Source: Allobaculum fili
GTDB lineage: Bacteria > Bacillota_I > Bacilli_A > Erysipelotrichales > Erysipelotrichaceae
Assembly (NCBI RefSeq): GCF_020969955.1
Contig: NZ_JAHDSX010000014.1
Coordinates: forward strand, 19,651-51,650
Reading direction: 5' to 3'
Length of the DNA stretch: 32,000 bases
Part shown: positions 9,318-18,716 of the stretch, piece after piece
Layout of the letters: each line of letters starts with the position of its first letter
Numbering within the stretch: the stretch's first letter is position 1
Made by a program: the position numbers and the translations under genes
The notes under the pieces: model-generated
What the model was told of the DNA's origin: nothing
The model's input: the letters and a program-made list of their open reading frames with translations, nothing else
Databases searched by the model: none

Positions 9318-9333
9318 TCAGGCTTCGGCCTGA
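9318..9333 (+). promoter_or_regulatory. UUCG-tetraloop hairpin in the ispA-dxs spacer (possible RNA stability or processing element)
   Basis: TCAGGC-TTCG-GCCTGA, a 6-bp stem with no U tract on the plus strand. Confidence 0.35.
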
Positions 9334-9398
9334 AAAACAAACGAATTCAAAAAACTCTTAGAATACGCCTTCAGGCGATAAGGGAAAGGAGTGTTGTG

Positions 9399-11261
9399 AT
9401 GAATCTGACCGAGCTGAAAACCTGTGACGATCTGCGCAGACTTTCCCTGAAGGAGATGGAAGTTCTGGCGCGTCAGATCCGGCTGTTTCTGCTGTATTCC
9501 GTTTCGGAAACCGGCGGCCATCTCTCCAGCAACCTCGGCGTCGTCGAACTGACGATCGCCCTCCACTACGTCTTTGATGCGTCGAAAGACAAGCTGATTT
9601 TTGATGTCGGCCATCAGTCGTATGCGCATAAAATTCTGACCGGCCGTGCCGATCAGTTTTCCACGCTGCGCCAGTTTCACGGCCTTTCCGGCTTTCAGAA
9701 ACGCAGCGAAAGTCCGGCAGACCCGTGGGAAGCCGGCCATTCCTCGACGTCCATTTCGGCGGGGCTCGGCTTTGCGGCAGCCCGCGATCTGCTTCATCAG
9801 GATTACGAAGTCGTCAGCGTAATCGGCGATGGCGCGATCGGATCGGGAATGGCGCTCGAAGCGCTCAACGATCTGGGCCGCCAGCGCCGCAAGATGATTA
9901 TCGTCTTTAACGACAATACGATGTCCATTTCGCCTAACGACAGCGGACTGGAAAAATCGATTACTCGTCTTAGGACGTCGAAAGTGTACCGGGATACGAA
10001 AAAGGATCTCAGTCAGTCGCTTTCCAGCTCTGAAGCCGGACAGGAAATTTTGCATTTTCTCAAGCGCAGCCGGGACATGGTCCGGCAGGCCGTTGTCGAC
10101 GCGCCGCTCTTTTCGCAGTTTAATCTCAACTACATCGGACCGGTGGACGGCCACGATATCGGCGCACTCATTTCCGCGTTTCAGACGGCCAGAGAAAAAG
10201 ATGAACCGGTCGTGGTGCACGTTATTACGAAAAAGGGAAAAGGCTATCCCATGGCCGAAAACGATACGATCGGTCTGTGGCATGGCGTCGGTCCGTTTGA
10301 TGTGTATACCGGAAAGCCGCTGGCCGCACCGGTTCCCGGCGTTTTAAGCTGGTCGGAAGCGATCGCGCGCACGCTCATGCGTCTTCTGGCCCTCGATCCC
10401 AAGCTGGCCGTCGTTACCCCGGCCATGGCGACTGGAAGCGAACTGCTGCCCATTGCCCGCCGCTATCCGGATCGCTTTTTCGATACCGGCATTGCGGAAG
10501 AACACGCCATGACGATGACGGCGGCAATGGCTGCCGGCGGTCTGCACCCGTTTCTTTCGATTTACAGTTCCTTTTTGCAGAGAGCGTACGATCAGGTTTT
10601 GCACGATACCGCACGCATGCATCTGCCGGTCGTTGTCGGCATAGACCGCGCCGGTCTGGTCGGCGCGGACGGAGATACGCATCAGGGCATTTACGACATC
10701 GCCTTTTTGTCGACCGTTCCTGATATCGTTCTGTGCCAGCCAAAGGATGCGCTCGAAGCGCAGGATCTCCTCTATTCGGGCTTCCATCAGAATATGCCCT
10801 GGTTTATCCGCTATCCGCGTGGAAAAGTACCCTTTACGCCAAAGGAGCATCTCGCGCTCATTCCCGCTGGAACGTGGACGGTGTATTCAACGTTTGCGGA
10901 TCGGCCAGCCGATCAGATCGTGATCGCCTACGGTCCGGACGTCGATCGTATTCTCGACCGGGCTCGTCAGGAAAATCTGTCCCTGATGGTTGTTAACGCA
11001 CGCTTTTTAAAACCGCTCGATGACGATCTGCTCAAAAAGCTCTTTGAATCCGGCAAGCCGATTACCGTCTATGAAACGGATTCGTACGAAGGCGGACTGG
11101 CGATGCAGATTCAGGCCAGAGCCTCTGACTATAAGCGAGATATCGATGTGCTGACGTTAAAGGATGGCTTTATTGAGCAGGGAAGCGTGGAACAGCTCAA
11201 AAAGGAGCAGCACATTTCGCTCGACGATTTAATGGAAAGGCTGAAAGATCATGCGTCTTGA
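9399..11261 (+). CDS. dxs: 1-deoxy-D-xylulose-5-phosphate synthase
   Basis: ATG at 9399 follows AAGGGAAAGGAG. It has GGHLSSNLGVVELTIALHYVFD and the TPP motif GDGAIGSGMALEALN...NDN. The ORF-track start at 9243 overlaps ispA and is unlikely. Confidence 0.9.
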   Translation: MNLTELKTCDDLRRLSLKEMEVLARQIRLFLLYSVSETGGHLSSNLGVVELTIALHYVFDASKDKLIFDVGHQSYAHKILTGRADQFSTLRQFHGLSGFQKRSESPADPWEAGHSSTSISAGLGFAAARDLLHQDYEVVSVIGDGAIGSGMALEALNDLGRQRRKMIIVFNDNTMSISPNDSGLEKSITRLRTSKVYRDTKKDLSQSLSSSEAGQEILHFLKRSRDMVRQAVVDAPLFSQFNLNYIGPVDGHDIGALISAFQTAREKDEPVVVHVITKKGKGYPMAENDTIGLWHGVGPFDVYTGKPLAAPVPGVLSWSEAIARTLMRLLALDPKLAVVTPAMATGSELLPIARRYPDRFFDTGIAEEHAMTMTAAMAAGGLHPFLSIYSSFLQRAYDQVLHDTARMHLPVVVGIDRAGLVGADGDTHQGIYDIAFLSTVPDIVLCQPKDALEAQDLLYSGFHQNMPWFIRYPRGKVPFTPKEHLALIPAGTWTVYSTFADRPADQIVIAYGPDVDRILDRARQENLSLMVVNARFLKPLDDDLLKKLFESGKPITVYETDSYEGGLAMQIQARASDYKRDIDVLTLKDGFIEQGSVEQLKKEQHISLDDLMERLKDHAS

Positions 11262-12021
11262 TCAGTATCTGGCCAAAGAACTGCAGACGCGCACCCGTGC
11301 AGCCGATGCCATCAAGCAGGGCCGCGTCTCGATCGCCGGAAAAACCATTACCAAGCCGGCGTATGAACTGAAGGAAGAAGAACAGGATCAGATTGAAATC
11401 CGTCCTGTCGAGCACGATTATGTCAGCCGTGCCGGCGGAAAGCTTCAGGCCGCCTTTGACGCCTTTCACATCGACGTGAAAGATCAGTGTGTTCTCGATA
11501 TCGGCGCCTCCACCGGAGGTTTTACGCAATGCGTACTTGAACATGGTGCGCGCAAAGTATACGCTTTAGATGTTGGTCATCTGCAGCTTTCACCCGCGCT
11601 CAAAGCGGATTCGCGGGTGGTGGAGATGGAAGGCATGAACGCGCGCAGCATTTTAAAAAGCTGGTTTTCGGACAAAATCGACTTTATTTGCATGGATGTC
11701 AGCTTTATTTCCGCCCTTTCCATACTCGAACCGCTGTTTTTGCAGATGATGCCCGAGCATCTGTGCGTGCTCGTAAAACCGCAGTTTGAATGCACCAAAA
11801 ACGCACTCAACAAAAAAGGCGTCATTAAAAATCCGAAATACGAAGCGCAGGCCGTAGAGAAAATTCAGAACGCACTTTTGATGCACTACGCAAAAGTACG
11901 CAAAATTCCCTCGCCGGTCGTCGGCCGCAGCGGCAATCAGGAATACCTCCTGTACGCGTGCCGGCCAAAAGAGATCCACAGCGCGCCTGAACCGACGGAT
12001 GCTCCGGCAAAACCGGAATAA
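11251..12021 (+). CDS. tlyA: TlyA-family rRNA 2'-O-methyltransferase (S4 plus FtsJ domains)
   Basis: It has MRLDQYLAKEL...IKQGRVSIAG (S4 domain) and the SAM motif VLDIGASTGGFTQ. It overlaps the dxs stop by 11 nt. Confidence 0.88.
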   Translation: MRLDQYLAKELQTRTRAADAIKQGRVSIAGKTITKPAYELKEEEQDQIEIRPVEHDYVSRAGGKLQAAFDAFHIDVKDQCVLDIGASTGGFTQCVLEHGARKVYALDVGHLQLSPALKADSRVVEMEGMNARSILKSWFSDKIDFICMDVSFISALSILEPLFLQMMPEHLCVLVKPQFECTKNALNKKGVIKNPKYEAQAVEKIQNALLMHYAKVRKIPSPVVGRSGNQEYLLYACRPKEIHSAPEPTDAPAKPE

Positions 12022-12118
12022 CTCAAATAACCAGGATCGCGTCTGGACGTATAACGGAAAGAAGCCGAAAAGACGTTACGGCTGGATAGCCTTTTTGCGG
12101 ATACAACTGAAGACAATA

Positions 12119-12158
12119 CAGTCAGCCGCCTGCCTCTTAGGAAGCAGGCGGCTGACTG
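12119..12158. repeat. Perfect 15-bp inverted repeat (hairpin) in the tlyA-recN spacer
   Basis: CAGTCAGCCGCCTGC (12119-12133), a 10-nt loop, then GCAGGCGGCTGACTG (12144-12158). There is no T run on either side. Confidence 0.7.
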
Positions 12159-12243
12159 ACTAACGGAATATGGAAATACGGCCCGTTTTAAAGAAAACGA
12201 AAGTATTTCCAAAGAACAAAATCATTTAGAAAGAGGGATCACC

Positions 12244-13884
12244 ATGATTGAACAGCTGACAGTCCAGGATTACATCCTCTTTGATCAGGCTCAGATCGAT
12301 TTTGATCAGAACATGTCGGTCATCACCGGCGAAACCGGTGCCGGTAAATCGCTGCTCATTGATGCCATTCAGGCGATTTCCGGCGAACGCATCGGAAAAG
12401 GCGTCGTCCGTAAGGGAAAGGACAAGGCCATTTTGCAGATGGTCCTTTCCAACCCGTCTAAAGAAGTATGCCAGATGCTCGAGGAAAACGGATTTGATGT
12501 CGAAGATACGATCATCATTACCCGCATCGTCAGCGCTTCGGGAAAAAGTCGCATGCTTCTCAATTCCCGGACCACCACGAACAGCTTTGTCGCCAAAATT
12601 GTCTCCCGCATGGTCGACATCCATTCCCAGATGGATACCATCCGGCTGATGGATCCAGCTTTGCAGCTGGAAATGCTGGACCGCTTTGCAAAAAATGAGG
12701 AGCGGCTGGCACAGACCCGCGCCGCCTATTCGCGTCTGCGTGCGGTTTCTGCCAAAATTCGCAAGCTCAAAAACGAAACGTTTTCGCAGGATCGTCTCGA
12801 TTATCTGACCACACGGCTCAACGCCATTCAGAACGCGAAAATCAAGGAAGGCGAACTCGAAGCTTTAGAACAGAAAATCGCCAAAGCCGAACAGATTCAG
12901 GACGCGTTTGACTCGATGTCCGAAGCGCTCTATCTCTACCGCAAGGAAGGCGGCATTCAGGATCTGCTCGTCGAAGCGGCCGGCTGCCTGAAAAATCATC
13001 AGACTGAAGAAGAATTCGGAACCCGTCTGACCGATCTGGCTTTTGAAGTCCAGGATCTGTTTGAGCGGGTATCCGATGTAAAAAACGAAACGATGATGCA
13101 GGAAGGCCATCTCGACAAAATGCAGGAACGTCTGTTTCTCATTAAGGATCTCTTCCGGGAAAACGGCGGCACGTACGAGTCGATGACCAAAGCCGCTAAA
13201 GATATGGAAGAGCAGATCGATCAGATTCTGCATCGTCAGGATGTCTTTGAACGTCTGGAAAAAGAACGCCGCCATGTCATGAGCGAATACACGAAGCAGG
13301 CGTCATTGCTGCATCAGGCGCGCAAGGCGGTCGTTCCTGCACTGAAGGAACTGGTGGAAAAGCACGCGCGGGATCTGATGCTCGAGCACTGCGTGTTCGA
13401 CATTCATTTCGATAAAAAGCAGCCGTCAAGCGATGGTATGGATGCAGTGGAGTTTTACGCGTCCATGAACCCCGGCCAGGCTCCTTCCCCGTTAAAAGCT
13501 TCGGCCAGCGGCGGTGAGCTGTCCCGACTGATGCTGGCGCTGAAAGTCGTGTTCCAGGCCGAAGATGGCATCGGAACCCTGGTGTTCGACGAAATCGATA
13601 CCGGCGTTTCCGGAAAAGTCGCACTGGCGATGGGATCGAAAATGCATGCGCTGGCCAAAGACTATCAGGTACTCTGCATTACCCATCTTCCGTCCGTTGC
13701 CGTATGGGCGGACGATCACTACTGCGTCTCCAAATCGACCGACGGAACGATTACGACAACCCAGGTGAGCGAACTGTCTCAAGAAGATCATTTTAAAGAG
13801 CTGGCCATCATGGCCAGCGGCAACGCCGATGAAGCCGGCGTTTCGAGCATGAAAGAGCTCGCCAGACGGGTACGCCATGGCTAG
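12244..13884 (+). CDS. recN: DNA repair protein RecN
   Basis: It has Walker A GETGAGKS, a long coiled-coil middle section, the signature ASGGELSRLMLAL and Walker B LVFDEID. SD AGAGGGA upstream. Confidence 0.92.
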   Translation: MIEQLTVQDYILFDQAQIDFDQNMSVITGETGAGKSLLIDAIQAISGERIGKGVVRKGKDKAILQMVLSNPSKEVCQMLEENGFDVEDTIIITRIVSASGKSRMLLNSRTTTNSFVAKIVSRMVDIHSQMDTIRLMDPALQLEMLDRFAKNEERLAQTRAAYSRLRAVSAKIRKLKNETFSQDRLDYLTTRLNAIQNAKIKEGELEALEQKIAKAEQIQDAFDSMSEALYLYRKEGGIQDLLVEAAGCLKNHQTEEEFGTRLTDLAFEVQDLFERVSDVKNETMMQEGHLDKMQERLFLIKDLFRENGGTYESMTKAAKDMEEQIDQILHRQDVFERLEKERRHVMSEYTKQASLLHQARKAVVPALKELVEKHARDLMLEHCVFDIHFDKKQPSSDGMDAVEFYASMNPGQAPSPLKASASGGELSRLMLALKVVFQAEDGIGTLVFDEIDTGVSGKVALAMGSKMHALAKDYQVLCITHLPSVAVWADDHYCVSKSTDGTITTTQVSELSQEDHFKELAIMASGNADEAGVSSMKELARRVRHG

Positions 13885-15151
13885 AGTGCTTTTTCATATC
13901 GATCTCAACGCCTTCTTTGCCTTCGCCGAAGAACTGCGCCATCCCGAACTGAAGGGAAAGCCGCTTGGCATTGGCGGCAATTCTTCGCGCGGCGTTCTGA
14001 GCACCTGCAATTACATCGCCCGTCAGGCCGGTCTGCATTCCGCCATGCCGGTCCTGCAGGCGAAGGAAATGTGTCCGGAACTGGTTTTGCTTCCGCCCGA
14101 CGGGGAATACTACCGCAAGCTGTCCGGTCAGTTTTTCGCGCTCATCCGTCAGTACTGTCCGCGCATGGAAATTCTTTCCATTGATGAGTGTTTCGTCGAT
14201 GCGACCGATGTCATTACGAAGTATCCAAGACCGCTCGATCTGGCCGTCGCCATTCAGCGTGCCGTTTATGAAAAGCTGGGTCTGAAGTGTTCGATCGGCG
14301 TGGCGCCGACGCGCTTCCTGGCAAAAATGGCTTCCGATCTGCGCAAGCCGATGGGCCTTTCCGTTATTCGAAAACGCGATATCCCGGCCAAGCTTTACCC
14401 GCTTGGCGTGGAAACGTGCATTGGCATCGGAACGAAAACCGTCCCAAAGCTGCAGGAAGCGGGCATTACAACAATCGGCGATCTGGCGGATCCGGAAAAC
14501 GAAGCGCTCTGTGCGCAGATTTTCAAAAATTCCTGGCCGGAAATGAAGGCGCGAATTCATGGGCAGTCGAGCGACCAGCTCGTCTTCTCGAGCTCGCGCA
14601 AATCCATTTCACATTCCCGGACATTTCTGTCGGATCTGTACTCGCTCGAAGATCTGCAGAGCCAGTGTCGTACGCTCGTGTACGAGCTGGCGGAAAGCAT
14701 GAAAAAGAAAAATCAGCGCGGCGCGCAGGTTTCGCTCGTTTTGCGCGATATTCACTTTCGCAATAAGGTGCGCTCGAAAAAGCTTTCCGGCTATACGAAC
14801 GATCCGATCATTTTGTACGAAGCCGTCAGCGGTCTGCTCCAGAAGGAGTTTGATCCCGTCGGCTACCGGCATATCGGAGTAACCGTCGGTTCGCTGGCCA
14901 ATGAAGAACAGATGCTGTTTCAGCCGACGCTCTTTGATTTCGACGCCGGCGCGCCCGATCATCTGCTTGAGTCCTTAAACCGCTCGCTGTCTAATGAAGA
15001 AACGGGCGGAAAGCTCATGACGCTTGGCGATCTCATGCGAAAAAAGGAAGAAGAAAAAAGCAGCGACAAGGCGGATGCCAAATCTCCGAAAGCCAATCCG
15101 GATGAGGAAAAGACAGCCGCGCCTGCGGCTTCGGAGAACGCGTATGCGTAA
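13877..15151 (+). CDS. dinB: DNA polymerase IV (Y-family) with a Lys/Glu-rich C-terminal tail
   Basis: It has FHIDLNAFFAFAE, LSIDECFVD and KFLAKMASDLRKP. The start overlaps the recN stop (ATGGCTAG). Confidence 0.9.
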   Translation: MARVLFHIDLNAFFAFAEELRHPELKGKPLGIGGNSSRGVLSTCNYIARQAGLHSAMPVLQAKEMCPELVLLPPDGEYYRKLSGQFFALIRQYCPRMEILSIDECFVDATDVITKYPRPLDLAVAIQRAVYEKLGLKCSIGVAPTRFLAKMASDLRKPMGLSVIRKRDIPAKLYPLGVETCIGIGTKTVPKLQEAGITTIGDLADPENEALCAQIFKNSWPEMKARIHGQSSDQLVFSSSRKSISHSRTFLSDLYSLEDLQSQCRTLVYELAESMKKKNQRGAQVSLVLRDIHFRNKVRSKKLSGYTNDPIILYEAVSGLLQKEFDPVGYRHIGVTVGSLANEEQMLFQPTLFDFDAGAPDHLLESLNRSLSNEETGGKLMTLGDLMRKKEEEKSSDKADAKSPKANPDEEKTAAPAASENAYA

Positions 15152-16037
15152 ACGGCCGCCCATTCTCGATCTGCTTTCCGCTGCGCAGAAAGAGCGTCTG
15201 AATCAGGACGAGCTGCACTTTCTGCGCAGCGAAGCAAATTTTGCACTGGATTATTTTCTGGCCCCCTATAACCGCCTGATCCAGAACCGCACGCAGTTTT
15301 GCATCAACAGCGACAGTGCTGCGCTTGCATTGTTCGTTTCCAAAATCCGCAATCGCAAAGTGCTTGAAATCGGCTGCAACAACGGAGCCATTCTTGCGTA
15401 TATTTCCCAGGAAAATCCTGCCTTCCTTTGCGGCGTGGAACTGCAGGAAAGCGCCGCAAAGCTCGCGCAGATCAACATGAAGCTTTTTTCGAAAACGTCT
15501 TCGTTTGAAATTCGAAACGGTTCCATTCTGGATCTGAATGCGGGAGAGTTCGATCTGGTCCTTTGCAATCCGCCCTATTTTGCCCCGTCTCCTGAGCAGG
15601 CCGTACGACCCCTTACTTCACGGGAAATTGCTCGCGTAGAAGGCGATCTGAATCTGAAGACGATGATTGAAAGTGCCAGACGCCATTTGAAATCGGGCGG
15701 GCGGTTCTGCTTTGTCCATCGTCCTTCCCGGCTTACCGAGATTTTTGCATTATTGAAGGAAAACCGTTTTTCCATTTCCCGTCTGCAGACCGCCTACGAT
15801 ATTCGAACGTTTCAGCCGTGTGCCGTCCTGGTCGAAGCCGTGCTGGATCGCTTTGTTGATCCCGTACTGGAAACGGCTCTTCTTTATGATGGAACGTGCC
15901 GTCCGAAAACGATGGAAGAATATTTCCGGACTCACGATCTGAATGGATCGGCTGGCGGCGCAGAGATCAATCCAGAAAGTACGGACGGTACCTGTATGGT
16001 CAGAAAGGAAGGCGAGGAAAATGACGGAAAGCAATAA
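15144..16037 (+). CDS. Class I SAM-dependent N6-adenine methyltransferase, TrmN6/YfiC-like (NPPY)
   Basis: It has the SAM motif VLEIGCNNGA and the catalytic VLCNPPYF. ATG at 15144 overlaps the dinB stop (ATGCGTAA). The ORF-track start at 15024 is an Arg/Lys-rich alternate frame of the dinB tail. Confidence 0.75.
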   Translation: MRKRPPILDLLSAAQKERLNQDELHFLRSEANFALDYFLAPYNRLIQNRTQFCINSDSAALALFVSKIRNRKVLEIGCNNGAILAYISQENPAFLCGVELQESAAKLAQINMKLFSKTSSFEIRNGSILDLNAGEFDLVLCNPPYFAPSPEQAVRPLTSREIARVEGDLNLKTMIESARRHLKSGGRFCFVHRPSRLTEIFALLKENRFSISRLQTAYDIRTFQPCAVLVEAVLDRFVDPVLETALLYDGTCRPKTMEEYFRTHDLNGSAGGAEINPESTDGTCMVRKEGEENDGKQ

Positions 16038-17250
16038 ATCGACCGAAGAACGCCTGGATAAAAATCCCGCGGATGAAGATCTTATGCAGTCTTCTCTGAC
16101 ATCGGCTTCTTCAAAGCCGATGGATCCGATGCTCGAGTCGATCGTTTCCGACTACTTTTCACAGGCAGCCGGCGGACGCATGCTTTCTCAGTCTTCCATT
16201 CAGGCGCAGAAAAATGATCTGCGCCTCTTTTTTGAAGAATGCAGGCAAGGAGAACTTTCCCTGCTGAATCTGAATACCAGCGAAATGCAGAGCGTCATCG
16301 ACGGACTTGCCTCCGGTTATGCCCCTTCTTCCATCGCGCGTCTTTGTTCGACGCTTCGTTCGTTTTATTCCTATTTGTCGCTTCGTCTCGATCAGCCCGA
16401 TCCGGCTATGACGCTGCGCGCGCCGCATTTAAGCCGGGCTTTGCCGCTGTGGGTGAGCGCCGAAGAATTTGAAAAGACGCTCGAAATCTTTGAAGCCGAC
16501 GATAAGGGCATACTGGATAAAACGATTCTGATGACGCTGTACTGCTGCGGACTGCGTGTCAGTGAACTGTGCACGCTCGAAGAGCGGAACGTCCGTCTCG
16601 ATCAGAAGCTGCTTCGCGTCATTGGAAAGGGAAGAAAGGAGCGGGTCATTCCGCTGCCCGATTCGCTTTGCACTCAGATGGACGAATACCGAAAGCGCGT
16701 ACGGGATCCCAAAGCCGGCATGCGCAAGTTTTTCTTCGTTTCGCTCAAAGGCGAAAAGCTCAACCGGCAGTACGTCTATCGTCTGGTTAAGAAAGCGTCA
16801 ATTCAGGGCAGTCTTCCGCCTTCTTCGAGTCCGCATACGCTTCGCCATTCCTTTGCGACAAGACTGATGGAGCACGAAAGCGATTTGCGCTCGCTCCAGG
16901 AACTGCTTGGACACAGCGATATTTCGACCACCCAGATTTACACCCATATTGATACAAACCGCCTGCTCAGTACGTACGATCAGGCGCTGCCCGATTTCGG
17001 CACCCTTGGCGGGATTGCGGATGGACAGGAAGAAGGAACGGTCGCGGAGAAAGACGCTCCATCGCTTTCACAAAACGTGTCTGAACCAAAAGAACGAGCC
17101 GATCGGCTGGAGTCATCTGTGTCGGATGCAAAATCGATCTCCAGTACGGATGTATCCTCTTCGATCGAACCGGCGAGTCAGGAAGTTCATGAGCGCAGAC
17201 GGCTTTCGAGAGCGCAGCGAAAGAAAGCCGAAAAGGCGTCGAAACAATAG
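16021..17250 (+). CDS. xerD: Tyrosine site-specific recombinase, XerD-like, with N- and C-terminal extensions
   Basis: The catalytic signature is present: GLRVSE (R), HTLRHSFAT (H-x-x-R) and LLGHSDISTTQIYTH (H...Y). ATG at 16021 follows AAGGAAGGCGAGGAAA and overlaps the methyltransferase stop by 17 nt. Confidence 0.8.
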   Translation: MTESNKSTEERLDKNPADEDLMQSSLTSASSKPMDPMLESIVSDYFSQAAGGRMLSQSSIQAQKNDLRLFFEECRQGELSLLNLNTSEMQSVIDGLASGYAPSSIARLCSTLRSFYSYLSLRLDQPDPAMTLRAPHLSRALPLWVSAEEFEKTLEIFEADDKGILDKTILMTLYCCGLRVSELCTLEERNVRLDQKLLRVIGKGRKERVIPLPDSLCTQMDEYRKRVRDPKAGMRKFFFVSLKGEKLNRQYVYRLVKKASIQGSLPPSSSPHTLRHSFATRLMEHESDLRSLQELLGHSDISTTQIYTHIDTNRLLSTYDQALPDFGTLGGIADGQEEGTVAEKDAPSLSQNVSEPKERADRLESSVSDAKSISSTDVSSSIEPASQEVHERRRLSRAQRKKAEKASKQ

Positions 17251-17395
17251 ACGATGGAGTACTTTTGAAAAAATGTGTGTCCTTTTGTACGATCGAAGCC
17301 CTATACGCTCAGCCTCACGGACGGGCTAAATCGAAGAATAGAGACAGAAGTATGAAATCGTGGCAAAATGAAAAAGCCGGCCGCACAGGCCGACC

Positions 17396-17424
17396 AGAAA
17401 AGAGTCTTTCTCTTTTCTATTTTG
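17396..17424 (+). terminator. Possible terminator after xerD
   Basis: AGAAAAGAG-TCTTT-CTCTTTTCT (9 bp, A/T-rich) followed by ATTTTG. Confidence 0.4.
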
Positions 17425-17454
17425 AAAAGGCCAATCTGGCCGGGAGGAATAAGC

Positions 17455-18309
17455 ATGAGTTGTGAAGGATGCCCTTCAAAAGGTAACTGTTCAAAAAATC
17501 CGGAAAGCTGCGGACTGCAGCCCAATCCGGCTAATCATATCAAAGCCATTGTTCCGATCATGTCCGGAAAAGGCGGTGTAGGCAAATCCACCGTGACGGT
17601 TATGCTCGCACGCGCGCTGGCTGCCATGGGCAAATCGGTAGGTATCATGGATGCCGATGTGACTGGACCGTCCATTCCGCGTCTGTTCGATCTGCAGGAT
17701 GAACAGGCGTACGCCAATGCCGAGAACTTCGTTCTGCCGGTAGAAACGAGCGATCATATCAAGACGATGTCCTTAAACTACATGATGGCCAACGAAGGCG
17801 ATCCAGTCGTATGGAGAGGTCCGATCGTTTCCAATATGCTGAAGCAGTTTTATACGGACGTCATCTGGGGCGATCTCGATGTACTTCTGATCGACATGCC
17901 GCCAGGAACCGGCGATACTGCGCTGACGATTTTGCAGGAGCTGCCGGTAACCGGTGTCGTTATGGTCACCACGCCGCAGCCGATGGTTTCCATGATCGTT
18001 ACGAAAGCTGTTCGCATGTGCAAAAAGATGAATATCCCCGTACTGGGCATGGTTGAAAACATGGCCTACATGAACTGCCCGCACTGCAATGAACGCATCA
18101 ATTTCTATTCGACCGATGAAAACGGCAAGTTTGTCGGCATGGAAGGCCTTGAAGAAGTCAAGATGTACGCGATGCTGCCGACCGATGATCTGCTGCGCCG
18201 TACGAATGATTTTGATACCTTTACCATCGCGCAGATGGATGAAGTCAAAGCGCTCTTTGTCGAGTTCGCTAAGGAACTCTGCGAAGATCTCGAAAAGCTC
18301 GAAAAGTAA
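17455..18309 (+). CDS. Mrp/NBP35-family Fe-S cluster carrier ATPase (ApbC-like)
   Basis: ATG at 17455 follows GGGAGGA. It has a Cys-rich N-terminus (MSCEGCPSKGNCSKNPESCG), a deviant Walker A SGKGGVGKST and a CPHC motif. Confidence 0.85.
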   Translation: MSCEGCPSKGNCSKNPESCGLQPNPANHIKAIVPIMSGKGGVGKSTVTVMLARALAAMGKSVGIMDADVTGPSIPRLFDLQDEQAYANAENFVLPVETSDHIKTMSLNYMMANEGDPVVWRGPIVSNMLKQFYTDVIWGDLDVLLIDMPPGTGDTALTILQELPVTGVVMVTTPQPMVSMIVTKAVRMCKKMNIPVLGMVENMAYMNCPHCNERINFYSTDENGKFVGMEGLEEVKMYAMLPTDDLLRRTNDFDTFTIAQMDEVKALFVEFAKELCEDLEKLEK

Positions 18310-18323
18310 GTTTCCGCCTCTTT

Positions 18324-18364
18324 CCGGTATGTCCTGTGCCTCAGGACGTACCGGTCTTTTTTTA
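18324..18364 (+). terminator. Intrinsic terminator after the mrp-like gene
   Basis: A 13-bp stem, CCGGTATGTCCTG pairing with CAGGACGTACCGG (one G-U pair), with a 5-nt loop, followed by TCTTTTTTT. Confidence 0.85.
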
Positions 18365-18716
18365 TGGTGCAGGCGCAGGAAAGCAACGATTGTGAGAATA
18401 GGCAACATTGATGTTTCATCTAAATTTATTTGGGAAATATGCATATATTTGGGTAAATTCGGGACGACTCAGAAAAGCAGTCTTGGGATGGAGCTCTTAT
18501 TTTGGATAAAATTGATTCACAGAAAAGACAATATCGTTTACAAAACAGATTGAGTCCGGCGCAATCGATATTCCTGTAAACCATTGCGAAACAGATCAGG
18601 CATTCTTTGAGTTGTTCGCGCATCACTCTGATAAATTTTTCTCATCCACCATTCACTCTGAAAAACACAGAAGGAGAATCGCTTTAAACATTGCCCGACA
18701 GAAGGGAGCGATACTT

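Noticed and set aside
15024-15143. An extremely basic (K/R-rich) N-terminal extension of the methyltransferase ORF, overlapping dinB by 128 nt.
   Set aside because: It is the +1 reading of the dinB Lys/Glu-rich tail codons (AAG/GAA repeats). An ATG at 15144 gives a compact ATGCGTAA overlap and a normal-length methyltransferase.
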